From assembly GCF_006345805.1 (NCBI RefSeq), contig NC_043013.1, positions 35,774,001-35,838,000 of the forward strand: DNA of 64,000 bases, written 5' to 3'. How positions within the stretch are numbered: the first letter of the stretch is position 1; the number at the start of each line of letters is the position of its first letter. The notes beneath the pieces were generated by a model. That model worked only from the letters and a program-made list of their open reading frames with translations, did no database searches and was not told the DNA's origin. Of the stretch, positions 13,351-26,882 are shown one piece after another. Made by a program: the position numbers and the translations under genes. This DNA is from Octopus sinensis (taxonomy: Eukaryota).

Positions 13351-13441
13351 TTGATTTAGGCCAGTGTTTCTCAACCGTTCTTTACCTAAGGACCCTTTTG
13401 GTTCCTATTTTGCTCGGATAGACCTTCATAGCTATTTGATT

Positions 13442-13972
13442 AGGAGTGGCTGTGTGGTAAGTAGCTTGCTTGCCAACCACATGGTTCCGGGTTCAGTCCC
13501 ACTGCATGGCACCTTGGGCGAGTGTCTTCTACTATAGCCTCGGGCCAACCAAAGCCTTGTGAGTGGATTTGGTAGACGGAAACTGAAAGAAGCCCACTGT
13601 TATTTTTATTTTTACCGTTATTGTTTTTACGTTTTTGTATTCTTATTGGTGTCACGTATTCTGTATTTTTGTTATGTACTTCGTTCGTTTTCCGTCCTCG
13701 CGTTGTATACATTCGAAGCTTTCTCTCAGGGGATCTAATGCGCTTGGCTTAGATTTCCCTTGGCTGGCTGGCCATATCGGAGCAATCTCAAGATTAATCA
13801 GCCGAAATTGCTAAGATGACTGGTTCTTGACTGATGACTGAGGGCTTCGAATGTCCCGTCCTGTGGTTCTTGTGTCGTCTCTGTGGTGTTTCATGTTCTT
13901 GTCCATGTCTGTAATTATTTTACTGTTTACCTATATATATATATATATACATACATATATATATATACATAC

Positions 13973-14005
<33 letters not shown>

Positions 14006-14190
14006 CATATGTATATGTATAAATGTTGGTGTGTTTATGTACCCATAACTTAGTGGTTCGGCAAAAGTGACTGATAGAATATGCACTAGGCTTACAAAGA
14101 ATAGGTCCTGGGGGGTAATTTGTTTGACTAAAAGCGGTGCTCCAGCATGGCCACAGTCAAATGACTTAAACAAGTAAAAGAATAAAAGAA
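13442..14190 (+). mobile_element. SINE family C interrupted by a ~330-bp insert (13600-13930); follows a single hAT-like terminus CAGTGTTTCTCAACC at 13362
   Basis: Head/core 13442-13598, tail 14022-14190. Confidence 0.85.
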
Positions 14191-14299
14191 TAGATGAATA
14201 TATTTTCATAATCAAAGATCATTAGGAATTCTATTTACAATAATAGTGAAAGCATTTGGTGTTTTGTAGAACATCTTTGTCAGTTGCTCTCCAGCTATC

Positions 14300-14795
14300 T
14301 ATTCAAAAGCTGTATATGGCTATGGTACATCGACACTTAGAGTTTGCATCACTAGTCTAGAAACCCTATCTTGTTTAGCATATCAGTCTCCTGGAATCTG
14401 TTCAGAAATGTGCTGCTAGACAAATACCCACTGTCAGGCATTTACCATACTCTGAATGGCTTGCTTCCCTGGGCATGGACACATTAAAGCTCAAACATTA
14501 GGTAAGTGACTTGGTAGACACCCACGAGATTATCCACCATCTTTCCAACCACAACCTTGGCCACCTTTTTGAATTCCACATGTCTAACACTTGTGGACAT
14601 GCTTAAAATAATCAAAAAACAACACAGCACCCATGACGTTTGGAAATACATTTTTCATGCTCAGAATTGCTGAAGCATGGAATAAACCACCTGCATCAGT
14701 TGTTAGCTATCGGGACACTACATCCTTCAAAACTTCCATGCTTACTGAAATTTGCCAACAGTACATCTGATGTCCCCACCATCACTTTTATTTTA
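14300..14795 (+). pseudogene. CR1-clade LINE ORF2 C-terminus and 3' UTR
   Basis: LESVQKCAARQIPTVRHLPYSEWLASLGMDTLKL...FFMLRIAEAWNKPPASVV...SFK, with frameshifts and stops. Confidence 0.75.
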
Positions 14796-14797
14796 AA

Positions 14798-15218
14798 CTA
14801 GCTTAAAATCCCAATCTATGTGGAATTTAAAGCTAGCTCCTGTGGCGGGATAACTGGGTTTGCAGCCCCAAACTAAAGAGATCAAATATAATAAAGTATT
14901 TATTAGTACCTTACCAATATGGTATTACCTTACAAATATCGTATTACTTTAAATTCAGTTTACATGAAAAACTTGTAAGTTCACAAATTTTTGGAGTTCT
15001 TTTAAAATTAAAATTTTCAACTGTTAGCAAATAACAAATCCTCATCCAGATCTGATCCCTTTGCTGGATGTTCAAGAATCAAATGCAGGGCAGATTTTTG
15101 ATCCCAGGATCATCTTGATTCCAAAAGGGTGTAATATGTCCATGTAGGGCAAATAGGGACTGAGATACAGGGGTCCTAGACAAGCGGACAGACAGAATCT
15201 CACGTTTATTATTATAGA
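14798..15218 (-). mobile_element. Non-autonomous Helitron
   Basis: Minus strand begins A|TCTATAATAATAAA and ends CTAG|T; subterminal hairpin AATTCCA catagat TGGGATT; no TSD. Confidence 0.7.
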
Positions 15219-15699
15219 TGCTTCATTCGATGTACACCTTCTGTGCATATTCTATGAATGGTTCATGTACTTTTGGCTCCTTTTTTTTTGATGAGTAGTC
15301 ATTTCTGGGTCTCCTAGCCATTCTCACCTGTACAACTCAGTCCCAGAACACGCAACCACTTTACAACACAATTACTTTTTCTCAACAGGTCCATCTCTAT
15401 CAAATACTGCCCGAAAAGAAATCAAGAGAAGAAAAGAACACATAACCTTCAAACATCAGGGTAAATTTCAAGGGATGCCATGCAAACCATTTATACCATG
15501 ATACATCTTGAATGTTTTGCAGTATAAATTGGCTCTTAAATGGGCTCTGAATCCCGGAAAACTTGACTTGTAAAAGTGATTTTACAGATTCTATCAGGCC
15601 AGGGGACCAATTTTGGCTGAATCATTCTTAAATTTACCTAAGTTCATCTGCTCCAGCATGGCCACAGTCAAATGACTGAAACAAGTAAGAGATAAAATA

Positions 15700-16021
15700 T
15701 ATATACATATATATGTTGTGTATATATATATATAGATGTATGTATGTATGTAAGTAGGTATGTATATATGTGTATATATGTGTATACGTATATATATATA
15801 TATATATATAAGTATATATATGTACATATACACGGCTTTTGTTAATTTTTTATATTGTCCTTCCTATGATATTATTTTAAATATATTTCATACTTTTTCT
15901 AAAAACCTCTATTTTTATTTTTGCGTTGCTGTGTTGGAGTTCTTTATACACATATGTATGTGTGCACATGTGTGCATGTGCATGTGTGTATGTACATATA
16001 TATATATATATATATAAATAA

Positions 16022-16064
<43 letters not shown>

Positions 16065-16564
16065 TATATATATATATGCAGACATATATGTACATATATT
16101 TATACATATATATAGACACAAACGCATATACATATATATTCATGCACACACATATACACACTCATATATATATAAAATTTTATTTTATTAGTTCACTAAA
16201 TTGAATTAAATCATTTATTGTAATTTCCACTTCCTATTATTTTTCTGCTTTAGAATTTCGTTACTAAAATCATTATTGAGTGAAAAATACATATTTAAAA
16301 CAAGCATTAATTGATTTTTTTACTCTGTTATTTATATATCACGATTTGTATATAACCATTATGTTCATGGTGTCGTTACTGTTGTTGTTGTTGTTATTGT
16401 TTAAGGGGTGGTGGCAGTGGTGGTTGAGGTGGTGGTGGTGGTGGTGGCGGTGGTAGTGGTTCCTGTTGAATTATCTATTTGGATAAATTTTTATTTATTT
16501 ATCTATTTATTAAATGGGGTTCACTGGTACCAGTTAATGCGTGTGTTTGTGTGTACATGTATGT

Positions 16565-16607
<43 letters not shown>

Positions 16608-17253
16608 TTTATATATCTATGTATGTATATATGTATATTTGCATTTATATATGTATGTAGGTATGTATTTACATATTTATATATGTACGTATTTATGTAT
16701 GTATATATATGTCTATGTGTATGTGTGTATGTATGTGTGTGTATATATATGTGTGTGTGTATAAAAGTATGTATGTATATGTATGTGACATACAATGGTT
16801 GATATATAATACATGTATGGTTCATGAGAAAATCCTATATGTATATATGTGTATGCATAGTTCTAGCTGTGAATATGCATTTGTGTGTATATATATGTGA
16901 ATGCATGTGTGTATGTGTGTATTTAAGTATGTTTGCATACTTATGCACATGTTGATGCATTGTGTGCATGTGTTAGGGTTACTTGTATGTATGAATGTAT
17001 ATGTGAGTATGCGTGAATATGTTTGCATCTGTGTGTGTGTTGCATGTGTGTAGATATGTGTCGACACATGAGTAACTATGCATATATACAAGTAAAGATA
17101 AATATATATATACATACATATAAATGTGTGTGCATGAATAGATATATATGTTATATATAGAAATATATATATATATTCTTTTACAAGCAGAAATGTACAT
17201 GCACATAGATTCACAAATACTTGCATACATGCACATTCATACATATATACATT

Positions 17254-17284
<31 letters not shown>

Positions 17285-17690
17285 CATTACATACATACAT
17301 ACATACATACATGCAAACATACAAACACTAAATAAAACCACATGTACCTTGATACACACACCCAAAAGCACACATACATTCATACACATATACATATATT
17401 CATACATGCATGTACGCATATACATAGATGCTTATACATACACACATATATATTCACTCATACACATATACACGTATATACACATACACACACACACACA
17501 CACACATATATATATGCATATACATATACACATATTCACACATGCATATATGCACATATATATATACATATGCATATATGCACATACATATATACACTTA
17601 TACATATACACACATATACATACATGTATGTACATGCATTCATACATATACACACACATATACACATATACACAAAAGCATATACCCTAA
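15700..17690. repeat. (TA)n/(CA)n/(TACA)n low-complexity region
   Basis: Alternating purine-pyrimidine repeats. Confidence 0.9.
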
Positions 17691-17764
17691 TATGTCCCGT
17701 ACTTATCCCTATATCCTGTCTTACCCTCCCCATCCGTACACTGGCCCCTGGAACTCCCTTCTTG

Positions 17765-18185
17765 TTCATGTGTTTTCTGTTGCTGTTGTTATTGTTGTTG
17801 GTCACCTCAAGCACTTGAGGATAACTCTCAGAAATGCTAGAGCCGTGGAAAGGAGATGAATCATCTCATCCATTGTAGCCCCCAGTTGGCGGATATAGCG
17901 TTCCACCATCGGGGCTGGACATCTCAGCCTGAGTTGTTCTGCAGATTCCACCTCCTCGTTACAGAGTCTGCATTGATCTGTGTCACTGCATCCTGCTATC
18001 TTTGGCCACTGCCTGAGTGCCGTTTGATGACCACTACAGAAGCGTATCTGTCTGTGAAGTCTACCTTCGAGAGGACTACTTTGGTTCTTTCATTCAGCTT
18101 CTTCATGAAGACTTCCTTCAGATGGGGGTGTTGAATTGGCATTGGCTGGAATGTTCGACGAATAACTGCCTGATGAATGGCTGTT
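17765..18185 (-). pseudogene. I-group (Ingi/Nimb-like) LINE 3' end with CCHC knuckle and (CAA)n tail
   Basis: Minus: IRFCSGHQTALRQWPKIAGCSDTDQCRLCNEEVESAEQLRLRCPA (RLRSGH...CxxC...ExxxHxxxxC pattern). Confidence 0.65.
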
Positions 18186-18547
18186 GCTGTTGTTGTTTGT
18201 TGTTAAGAAACAAGACGGGTAAGGGTGATTAGGTGATGGTCTAAGGCTTAGGGGCGGGAGACCCCAAACCTTGGAAAAAATAAAACTTTCGTCATCTTGT
18301 TGTAGTCGACTGCTCTTTGTTGACACCTGACACCGCTGGGAGGTGTCCCTCGAAATCACTGGAAATGGAGATCTCCAGGTCCAAATTCTTGAACTGCTGT
18401 TGTTGTAGGGGTTGGCCAAAGGCACTGAATATCTGGTGATGATCACTGGAGATGCTGATGTTGTCTGAGTGAAAGAATGGAGTCTGTCACCCAAGAATAA
18501 AAATGGTGGATCCTCAATCAAACACATTCGTAGAATCTTTGACGTTT

Positions 18548-18925
18548 TTATCTTTTATCTTTAATCTTTTACTTCTTCCAGTTATTCGACTGTGGCCATG
18601 CTGGAGCATCTCTCCTTGAAAAATTTTCATTTGAATGAATGAATCCCAGACTTTAATTTTTTTTAAAGCCTGGTAAATTATTCTATCAGTCTGTTTTACC
18701 AAACCACTAAGTTATGAGGATGTAAACACACCAACACTGGTTGTCAAGCAGTGGTGGCGGACAAACACAGATGCAAAAATACCCACACGAAGACACACAC
18801 ACACACACACACATTCCATCAGCTAAATCCACTCACAAGGCTTTGGTCTACCTAAGGCTACAGTAGAAAACACTTGCCCAAGGTGCCATGCAGTGGGACT
18901 GAATGCTGAATCATGCTTCTAATGT
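18548..18925 (-). mobile_element. SINE family C
   Basis: Same core and tail as 34765-35179. Confidence 0.85.
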
Positions 18926-19080
18926 TTGGTCAGCCTGATGCCATAGCAAAAGGCAGAAGCTCCAGGTGTCATTTACTAAGATTGAACCAGCATCACATAA
19001 ACAGCAACAGCAACAATAATAGTAACAACAACTCAGACATACACATGCATTCACACATGAATACATACACACACACACAC

Positions 19081-19119
<39 letters not shown>

Positions 19120-19331
19120 TCACACATGAATACATACACACACAACACACACGCACACACACACACACACACATTCACACATGAATACATACACACACAC
19201 ACACACACATACACACGCACACACACACGCACACACACACATTCATACATATTCCTAAATACTTCCATGAACCAATACAGAAATTTCAACACTGTCAACT
19301 AAAATGCTATCAACATTGCTGCTTTTGTACT

Positions 19332-19739
19332 CACTCTTTTACTCTTTTATTTGTTTCAGTCATTTGACTGTGGCCATGCTGGAGCACTGCCTTTAGTCGA
19401 GCACATCGACCCCAGGACTTATCCTTTGTAAGCCTAGTACTTATTCTATTGGTCTCTTTTGCAAAACCGCTAAGTTATGGATACGTAAGCACACCAGCAT
19501 CAGTTGTCAAGTGATGTTGGAGTGACAAACACAGACACACAAACATATACATGCACATACATATACATATATACGATGGGCTTCTTTCAGTTTCCGTCTA
19601 CCAAATCCACTCACAAGGCTTTGGTAGGCCCGAGGCTATAGTAGAAGACACTTGCACAAGGTGCCACACAGTGGGTCTGAACCAGGAACCATGTAGTTTG
19701 TAAGCAAGCTACTTACCACACAGCCACTCCTACGCCTAC
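19332..19739 (-). mobile_element. SINE family C, full length
   Basis: Head AGGCGTAGGAGTGGCTGTGTGGTAAG to tail (GAGTAAAA)n on minus. Confidence 0.9.
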
Positions 19740-19934
19740 TTATCCATTATATTTACATTGAAATGTGTATGTATGTTTGTGTGTAAGTTTGGTGATGTGT
19801 GTGTACATGTATGTTTATGTATGTGCAAACGTGTGTGTGTGAATGAAAGTGTTAGTTTGTGTATGTCGGTGATTTTCACTTGCATGTATATGAGTACATG
19901 AAGAATATTTGTGTGTATGTCTCTGTGTGTGTGT

Positions 19935-19976
<42 letters not shown>

Positions 19977-20063
19977 GTTCAAATGTGTGTGTAAGCATGT
20001 TTGAATGTTTGTGTGTTTATAGGAGTATGTTTGCATTAGTAAGTAGTGTGTATGTATGTGTAC

Positions 20064-20094
<31 letters not shown>

Positions 20095-20581
20095 AGTGAG
20101 TGAGGAGAGAGACAAAGAGAGTGAAAGATGAGAAATGGAAGCTATCTGACTGAATTCTAAAGATAAACAGCAAATCAACACCATTATCATCATCATCATC
20201 ACACCACTACCATCATCATCCCACCACCACCATCATCACTACCGTCACCACCGTCATCACATCGTCGTCATCATCATCATCATCATCCTCATCATCATCA
20301 TCAACAACATCATAAATACAATAATATCAAATTGTGGCACCAGTCCAAAATCTTACGGTGATGGTTGTGGTGCAATTGTGTGTATGTGGAGGGAAGTTCT
20401 GTCAAATAATTGCACAGATCCTTATAATTCTATTTTATTGACCTCAAAAGGGCTGAAGTCAAAGTTGACCTCAGATGGGATTTGAACTCAGAACATAAAG
20501 GCTTGTAACAAAATACCACAAGATATTTTCTGCAAAACTCCATCAATTATACAGCTACACCACACTTGTAATAATAATAAT

Positions 20582-21085
20582 CATCATCATCATCAGCATT
20601 TAGCTGTCGTTTTCCATGCTAGCATGGGTTGGACGGTTCAACTGGGGTCTGGGGAGCCCGAAGCTGCAACCAGGCCAGTCAGATCTGGCAGTGTTTCTAC
20701 AGCTGGATGCCCTTCCCTAACGCCACCACTCCAGAGTGTATTGGGTGATTTTATGTGCCAACCCGACAGGTGCCAGACGAGGCTGGCGAACGGCACGCTC
20801 GATGGTGTTTTTATGTGCCACCGACACGGGTGCCAGACGAGGCTGGCAGATGGCCACGCTCGGATGGTGTTTTTAATGTGCCCACCGACACAGGTGCCAG
20901 ATGAGGCTGGCGGACGGCCACGATCGGATGGTGTTTGTTACGTCCCCAAGCACGGAGGCCAGTCTATGCGGTACTGGCTACGGCCACGTTCGGATGATTT
21001 TCTGTGTGCCACCGCACTGGTACCACAAAGATAACAAATTCCATTGATGTTCATCTATTTTGATTTGTTTTGATTTGATTTTCAG
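20582..21085 (-). mobile_element. Family E with internal ~58-bp tandem repeats
   Basis: RTE-type tail at 20582-20740; about four units of tgtgccaccgacacgggtgccagacgaggctggc...ggatggtg. Confidence 0.8.
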
Positions 21086-21199
21086 TACATAATAATAATA
21101 ATAATATAAAATAACAACAACAACAACACCAACAACAACAACACAACAACAACACAACAACAACAACAACAACAACACAACAATAATAATAACAACAAT

Positions 21200-21584
21200 A
21201 ATGGTTTCAAATTTTTGCCTCAAGGGCAGTAATCTTGTGAGAGGGAATGAGCTGATTAGATTGACCCCAGTGTTCAACTGGTACTTTTTTATCGATCACA
21301 AAAGGCTGAAAGGCAAAGTCAACCTCTGTAGATCAATAGTAATATTAATAATAATAATAATAATAATAATCCTTTCTGCTAAAAGCACAAGGCCCGGAAT
21401 TTTGGGGGTGTGGACTAGTATGAAAGTATGAAAGGCAAAGATGACCTCAGCAGAATTTGAACTCAGAATGTAAAGACAGACTAAATGCAGCTAAGCATTT
21501 TGCTCGGCAGGCTAACAATTCTGCCAGTTTGCTGCCTTAATGAAAATGATAATAATAATAGTAATAATAATAATAATAATAATG

Positions 21585-21645
<61 letters not shown>

Positions 21646-22185
21646 ACGTATTGAGAAGAGCATTGTCGATGTGAGAACTATTACTACCCATGTATTTTAA
21701 TTTAACATTATTTCTATCAAAAAAAAAAAATGAACGAACTAGTGAGTTTAGTTTAATGGCCTACCAATGTATACAATGAGTTTCTTTGCCCTAGGAGTCG
21801 GGAAGACACTCAGCAAGAAATGGAAGCAAATTTGAAAGAAGAAGAAAAACCCATAATATAATAATAATAATTTATAATAATAATAATCCATTCTGCTATG
21901 GGCACAAGGCCTGAAATTTGGTGGGGAGGGGACAAGCTGATTGCATTGACCCCATTGACAGCCAGCACTTATTTTATCAACCCCGAGAAGATGAGAGGCA
22001 AAGGTGACCTTGGTGGAATTTGAACTCAAAATGTAAAGACCGACGAAATACTGCTAACAACTCTGAAAGCTCAATGCCTTTGCTAATGGCCCTGCCAGTT
22101 TACCAACACTAATGATTGGTTCCAACATAGACAAGAAGGCAGAAATTTGTGGGGTAAGAAAAGTCAATTTCATTGACATCAGCAT
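21200..22185 (-). mobile_element. Cluster of SINE family D copies/fragments in (AAT)n (21200-21330, 21375-21540, 21885-22100, 22115-22185); another at 20330-20560
   Basis: Shared aaaggcaaaggtgacct..gaatttgaactcag core and ggcacaaggcctgaaattt tail. Confidence 0.8.
21644..21850 (+). mobile_element. R4/Dong-type LINE 3' end in (TAA)n
   Basis: Near-identical to 55071-55266 (HVLRRALSM* + 3' UTR). Confidence 0.8.
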
Positions 22186-23019
22186 TTGAAAAAAGATGCT
22201 AAAATTCTTCCAATAAACCAAAATTGGTCCTTTCAATAGACCAAAATCATGTGATATGGGAATTCCAGCTGTCATGACGAGCAAGTTTTGTCTGCTACGA
22301 TCTGTGTATGTGTTTTACGCAGCAAGCACCTATAAGAGACGATCTCTCAAGGCTAATAAGGTATCTACGTTAAGTTTGATATAAGGAATATCGCAATAAT
22401 ATACATTCATCTAACACATGCTGGCATAGGAAAACTGACGTAAAAATTAATGAGCAAATGAATTTTAATTTGATAAATCTCTTCATAATTTTATTTAACA
22501 ACTTATTGTTAGCTTGTGTTTCAAACACTAGCTCAATACATCAATAAACAGAAAACGTAAATTAATAAATCCCTTGAAATTTTTAATTATTTTAAAAATT
22601 ACTTAAAACACATGAACAAGTTATTCCATGAATATATTAGAAATATGTTCAGGGAAGGGTTAAACTTCACTTGGATTGTAATTTCTATAGCGAAATTTAT
22701 TCCAATATTCCAAAGTTTCCAAACATAGCATTTTGCTATATTTGTTGTTGTTGTTTTTGTTGTTGTTATTATTATTGTCATCGTTGATTAGTCCCCAGAC
22801 AGTTTTAATTGAGTATGAATGCAATATTTGTTCTTTTCAAAGTAGATGAGTTTTTCCATCTGGCACTGAACAAAAGATTGTTGTTGTTGTTGTTATTGTT
22901 ACTCTACTTCATGGATGTACTGTTTGTAGTTGTGTTGGTGTTATTGATGTTCTTGTTAGAGGTGGTGATGACTGTGACGGTAGTGGTGGTGAGGGTGATG
23001 GTACAATTGTTGCTGATGT

Positions 23020-24013
23020 TGTCGTTGTAGAGTTTTGGTCGGTCAGTTCTGCTCAAGTACGAACCTATCATTCATTAATTTCAAAATAGCCAACTCCTTG
23101 CATCTGGCACATCACATAAGAATATTATTGTTGTTGTTGTTAGTGGTGCTAATGGCTGCGATGGCAGCAGTCATGGTGTTGGTGATGGCATTACTGTTGT
23201 TGATGGTATTGTTGTAGAGTTTTGGTCAGTTAGTTCAGCTCAGCTGAGTCCTTCCATCTGGCACATCACATAAGAATATTATTGTTGTTATTATTGTTGT
23301 TGTTTTTGTTAGTGGTGCTAATGGCTGTGATGGCAGCAGTCATGGTGGTGGTGGTGATGGCATTACTGTTATTGATGGTGTCGTTGTAGAGTCTTGGTAA
23401 ATTCCATAGTCTTTTCAAATGGCTAATAATGTGTGCGTGCGCCGCTACTACACACATTGGAAAGCATTGTACAACCAAGCACAAAAGAAGATCTTTGCTC
23501 CTCCATGAAACAAAGCTGCTCCTGCTGGACGTCAACCCAGTATTTCTAAGCTACGGACCGAGTGATTTATTGTAAGGTTATCTCCCTAGACAGATTGCCT
23601 TCACTACGGCTAAGGAGCCCTTTCTACCCCACTGACACAGGAAACTATCACCTGTGTCATCTCTTGTGAAAGGTAGGAGAGTCCAGTTTGCTGGACACTG
23701 TTGTAGAGCTGAAAACGAGGCAATTTCTACTCTTCTCCTCTGGAAGCCATCTGCTCACGATACCAGAGGGCGCACACTCTCCTACCCTGATGTAATCTCC
23801 AGGGATACAGGCATCCAGCAACAGGACCTCTGTAATGCCATGATGGACCGCGAAGTCTGGCGTAGCATGGTAAATTCCATTGTCTCGACCACGGTCGAAC
23901 AATGATGATGATGATGAGAGTTTTGGTCAGTTAGTTCTGCTCGAGTATGAACCTATCATTCATTAATTTCAGAATAGCTGAGTCCTTCCATCTGGCACAT
24001 CACATAAGAATTG

Positions 24014-24015
<2 letters not shown>
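23020..24015. repeat. Local tandem triplication of a ~170-190-bp unit; third copy interrupted by an RTE insertion
   Basis: Recurrent gtagagttttggtc...catctggcacatcacataagaat at ~23026, ~23214 and ~23386/23917. Confidence 0.85.
23399..23916 (+). mobile_element. RTE-clade LINE 3' end (23648-23905) with additional upstream segment, flanked by TSD
   Basis: RRVQFAGHCCRAENEAISTLLLWKP...RGRTLSYPDVISRDTG...AMMDREVWR, (TGA)n tail; TSD AGAGTYTTGGT 23388-23398 / 23917-23927. Confidence 0.85.
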
Positions 24016-24055
<40 letters not shown>

Positions 24056-24743
24056 GTTGTTGTTGATGATGAATTCTTACTTTATTATTTCTTTTGTTTT
24101 TGTTGTCTCATATGACATTTCTATTTTTGTTTTTTGCATTTTTTTTTTTGTATTTAACATTGCTATCGTCGGTGGTATACGTCCTGTAGATGGCATAATT
24201 TTTATGTTAATTTTTTTTTAATAATATAGATTTTCTAGGTGCTGTTGTTATGATGGTTGTTGTCCTGAAGATATTTTACTATGGAAGATATCAGAAAAAA
24301 TCGAATCTAAATTATGTATGTGTGTGGGTGGGTGTATCTGTATGTATATAGAATACATAGAGGTAAATAACATCTATATATAAATGAATTGATGTATGGA
24401 TGTGTATATATGTATGTATATATATCTATATATATGTGTGTGCATGTAAGTATATTATATATATGTGCGTGTGTTGAGTGCGCATATATATATATATATA
24501 TGCACATGTGTATGTATTTCTACATATATACATACATTTTTACATAATATATATATGTATATATATATATGTGTGTGTGTATATATGTATACACACATGC
24601 ATACACTCTCTGTAAAATAGGTAGAGAGTTTATTCTAAAGAAATTTCAATAATATATGCATATATATATACACATATAATTATATACAAACACACGTGAA
24701 CATACACACCACACACACATAAAGTAATAAGTATATATATATG

Positions 24744-24797
<54 letters not shown>

Positions 24798-24804
24798 GTA
24801 TATA

Positions 24805-24844
<40 letters not shown>

Positions 24845-25362
24845 CAATGTAGGTTGTATTTTATATCATTATTAATTTCATTTGTCATTATAAGTATATT
24901 CAATTGGGATATTGTCATTCTTTTTATATGATTCATCAGTGGAACGCCTTGAGAATAACAGTACCAATCACCACCACCCTCGACCCTATCCCCATGACCA
25001 CCGCCACCACCACCATCACCACTTTCTTTGTCATTGTTATCATCATCATCAACAATTAGAACAACAGCATTAACAAATCTATCATGTGCATATATATATA
25101 TATGTTGGTTAGTTACTAAAATGCTATGTATATATATATATGCACATACATATATATATACATATATATACACACACATATATATACATATATATTTGTA
25201 TATAGACATGTATGCATAACATTGTATTGTGATCAGCTCTTTTATTTTTGAACCCTTGTGGCAATTAAACAAATCATGAAGTTGAGTAAATTACAATTGA
25301 CAATGAAAAAACATTGTTAGCACAAGAATAAGCAAGCATATATATATATGTGTGTGTGTGTG

Positions 25363-25424
<62 letters not shown>

Positions 25425-25719
25425 GTATGCATGTATATATATATATATATGTATATATATATCCACACATTGATATTGATATTTGTCAAACTACATTTAT
25501 ATCCCTCTATATATGTGTGTATGTGAGTGTGTGTGTGTGTATATATATATATACTCACACACACACACAAATACACACATATTGATATTTGTCTATCTAT
25601 ACCTATATCGATATCTATTTATTCATGTGCATATGCGAGAGTATGTGGTTGTCTATCTGCATGTATATATACATCCTCTCTCTCTCTCGCTGTGTTACCC
25701 TTATCATCATCATCATCAT

Positions 25720-25930
25720 CAGCAGCAGCAGCAACATCATCATTTAATGCCCCTTTCTTCCATGCTGGCATTGGCTGGATGGTTCAATGGGAACCAACAA
25801 ACCAGTGAGATGCACTGATCTCCAGCATCTGCTTTCACAGGGTTTCTACAACTGGAATGCTTTTCCCAACACCAACCACTTTACAGAGTTTACTGGGTGC
25901 TTCTTTTGTGGCACCTACACTAATGAAGTC
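25720..25930 (-). mobile_element. Family E, diverged
   Basis: catttaatgccc...ttccatgctggcattgg...ccaaccactttacagag. Confidence 0.65.
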
Positions 25931-26335
25931 ACCAGGTACTCAGGAGTCAAGACCCACCACCTTGACTGATTAGCATATAGTATTGAGAGATATGAAAATA
26001 TGATAGAGGGGCAGGAAAAAGTGTTTTGCTGAAGAAATGAAAACAATATATAGTTTCCCTATATCCAAGGGAGTTCAGTTCACAGGTGATCTAAACAACT
26101 AGGTACACTAGGTAAGTGCTGTAACGGATTATTAGGGCTCCAAGGTTACAGCCGAGATGGTAGTTATGGAGCCATTGTAGATTTCTGATGTTGTGGATAT
26201 ATGATTATTAAAATAGCTTCCCTATCTGTTCCCCCTTCTCACTCACTCTTTCTCTCTTTATAAACATATATATATATACATCTATATGTGTGTGCATGTA
26301 TGAGTGCATATATATTGGATTGGATTGCCTATGTT

Positions 26336-26882
26336 TAGGGCCGTTGCTAAGCCCCTGCAATCACTGCAGTCACAAGGGGCCTCCATTGTTGAGATGCCTC
26401 ATGTAAGATCAAAATAGATGAGTCATCTATTTACTTTGGTTAAGATGTTTAACAAAAATTAAACTATGTCAACAGAAATTTCAAGAAATAAAATGATAAT
26501 AATACATTGTACCTGCAAAAGTTCTTGTAAAAATATTGCATTGTACCACAAATATGTACCAGACTGTGGATTATTTGGTATCTATTGAACACACACTTAG
26601 CTCTCAACTTGATTATTCTTAAACGATCGATGATTTCATGAAACAAAAAGTGTGCCGTGTTTGTCTTTGAAGGTTACCTAGATTATAAAACTTCACTTTT
26701 ATTCACATCTGGAAGTTTTACCTACTGAAATGTGTAATAGACCTGAATAAATTTAACTTATTGTGTTTTTAAAGATGTTATTTAGGACGGCGGGGGATAT
26801 TGAACAATGAATTTTGATTGAAGAGATGGGTCCTTGAAACAACAGGTCACAGGGGGCTGCTAAATGTCATGCGATGGTACTG
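26336..26882. mobile_element. hAT-type MITE
   Basis: 8-bp TSD CCTATGTT (26328-26335, 26883-26890); degenerate TIRs TAGGGCCGTTGC / GCGATGGTACTG. Confidence 0.75.

Noticed and set aside
20745-21015. CRISPR-like regularly spaced repeats
   Set aside because: The intervening sequences are themselves homologous (tandem minisatellite), the context is eukaryotic and no cas genes are present.
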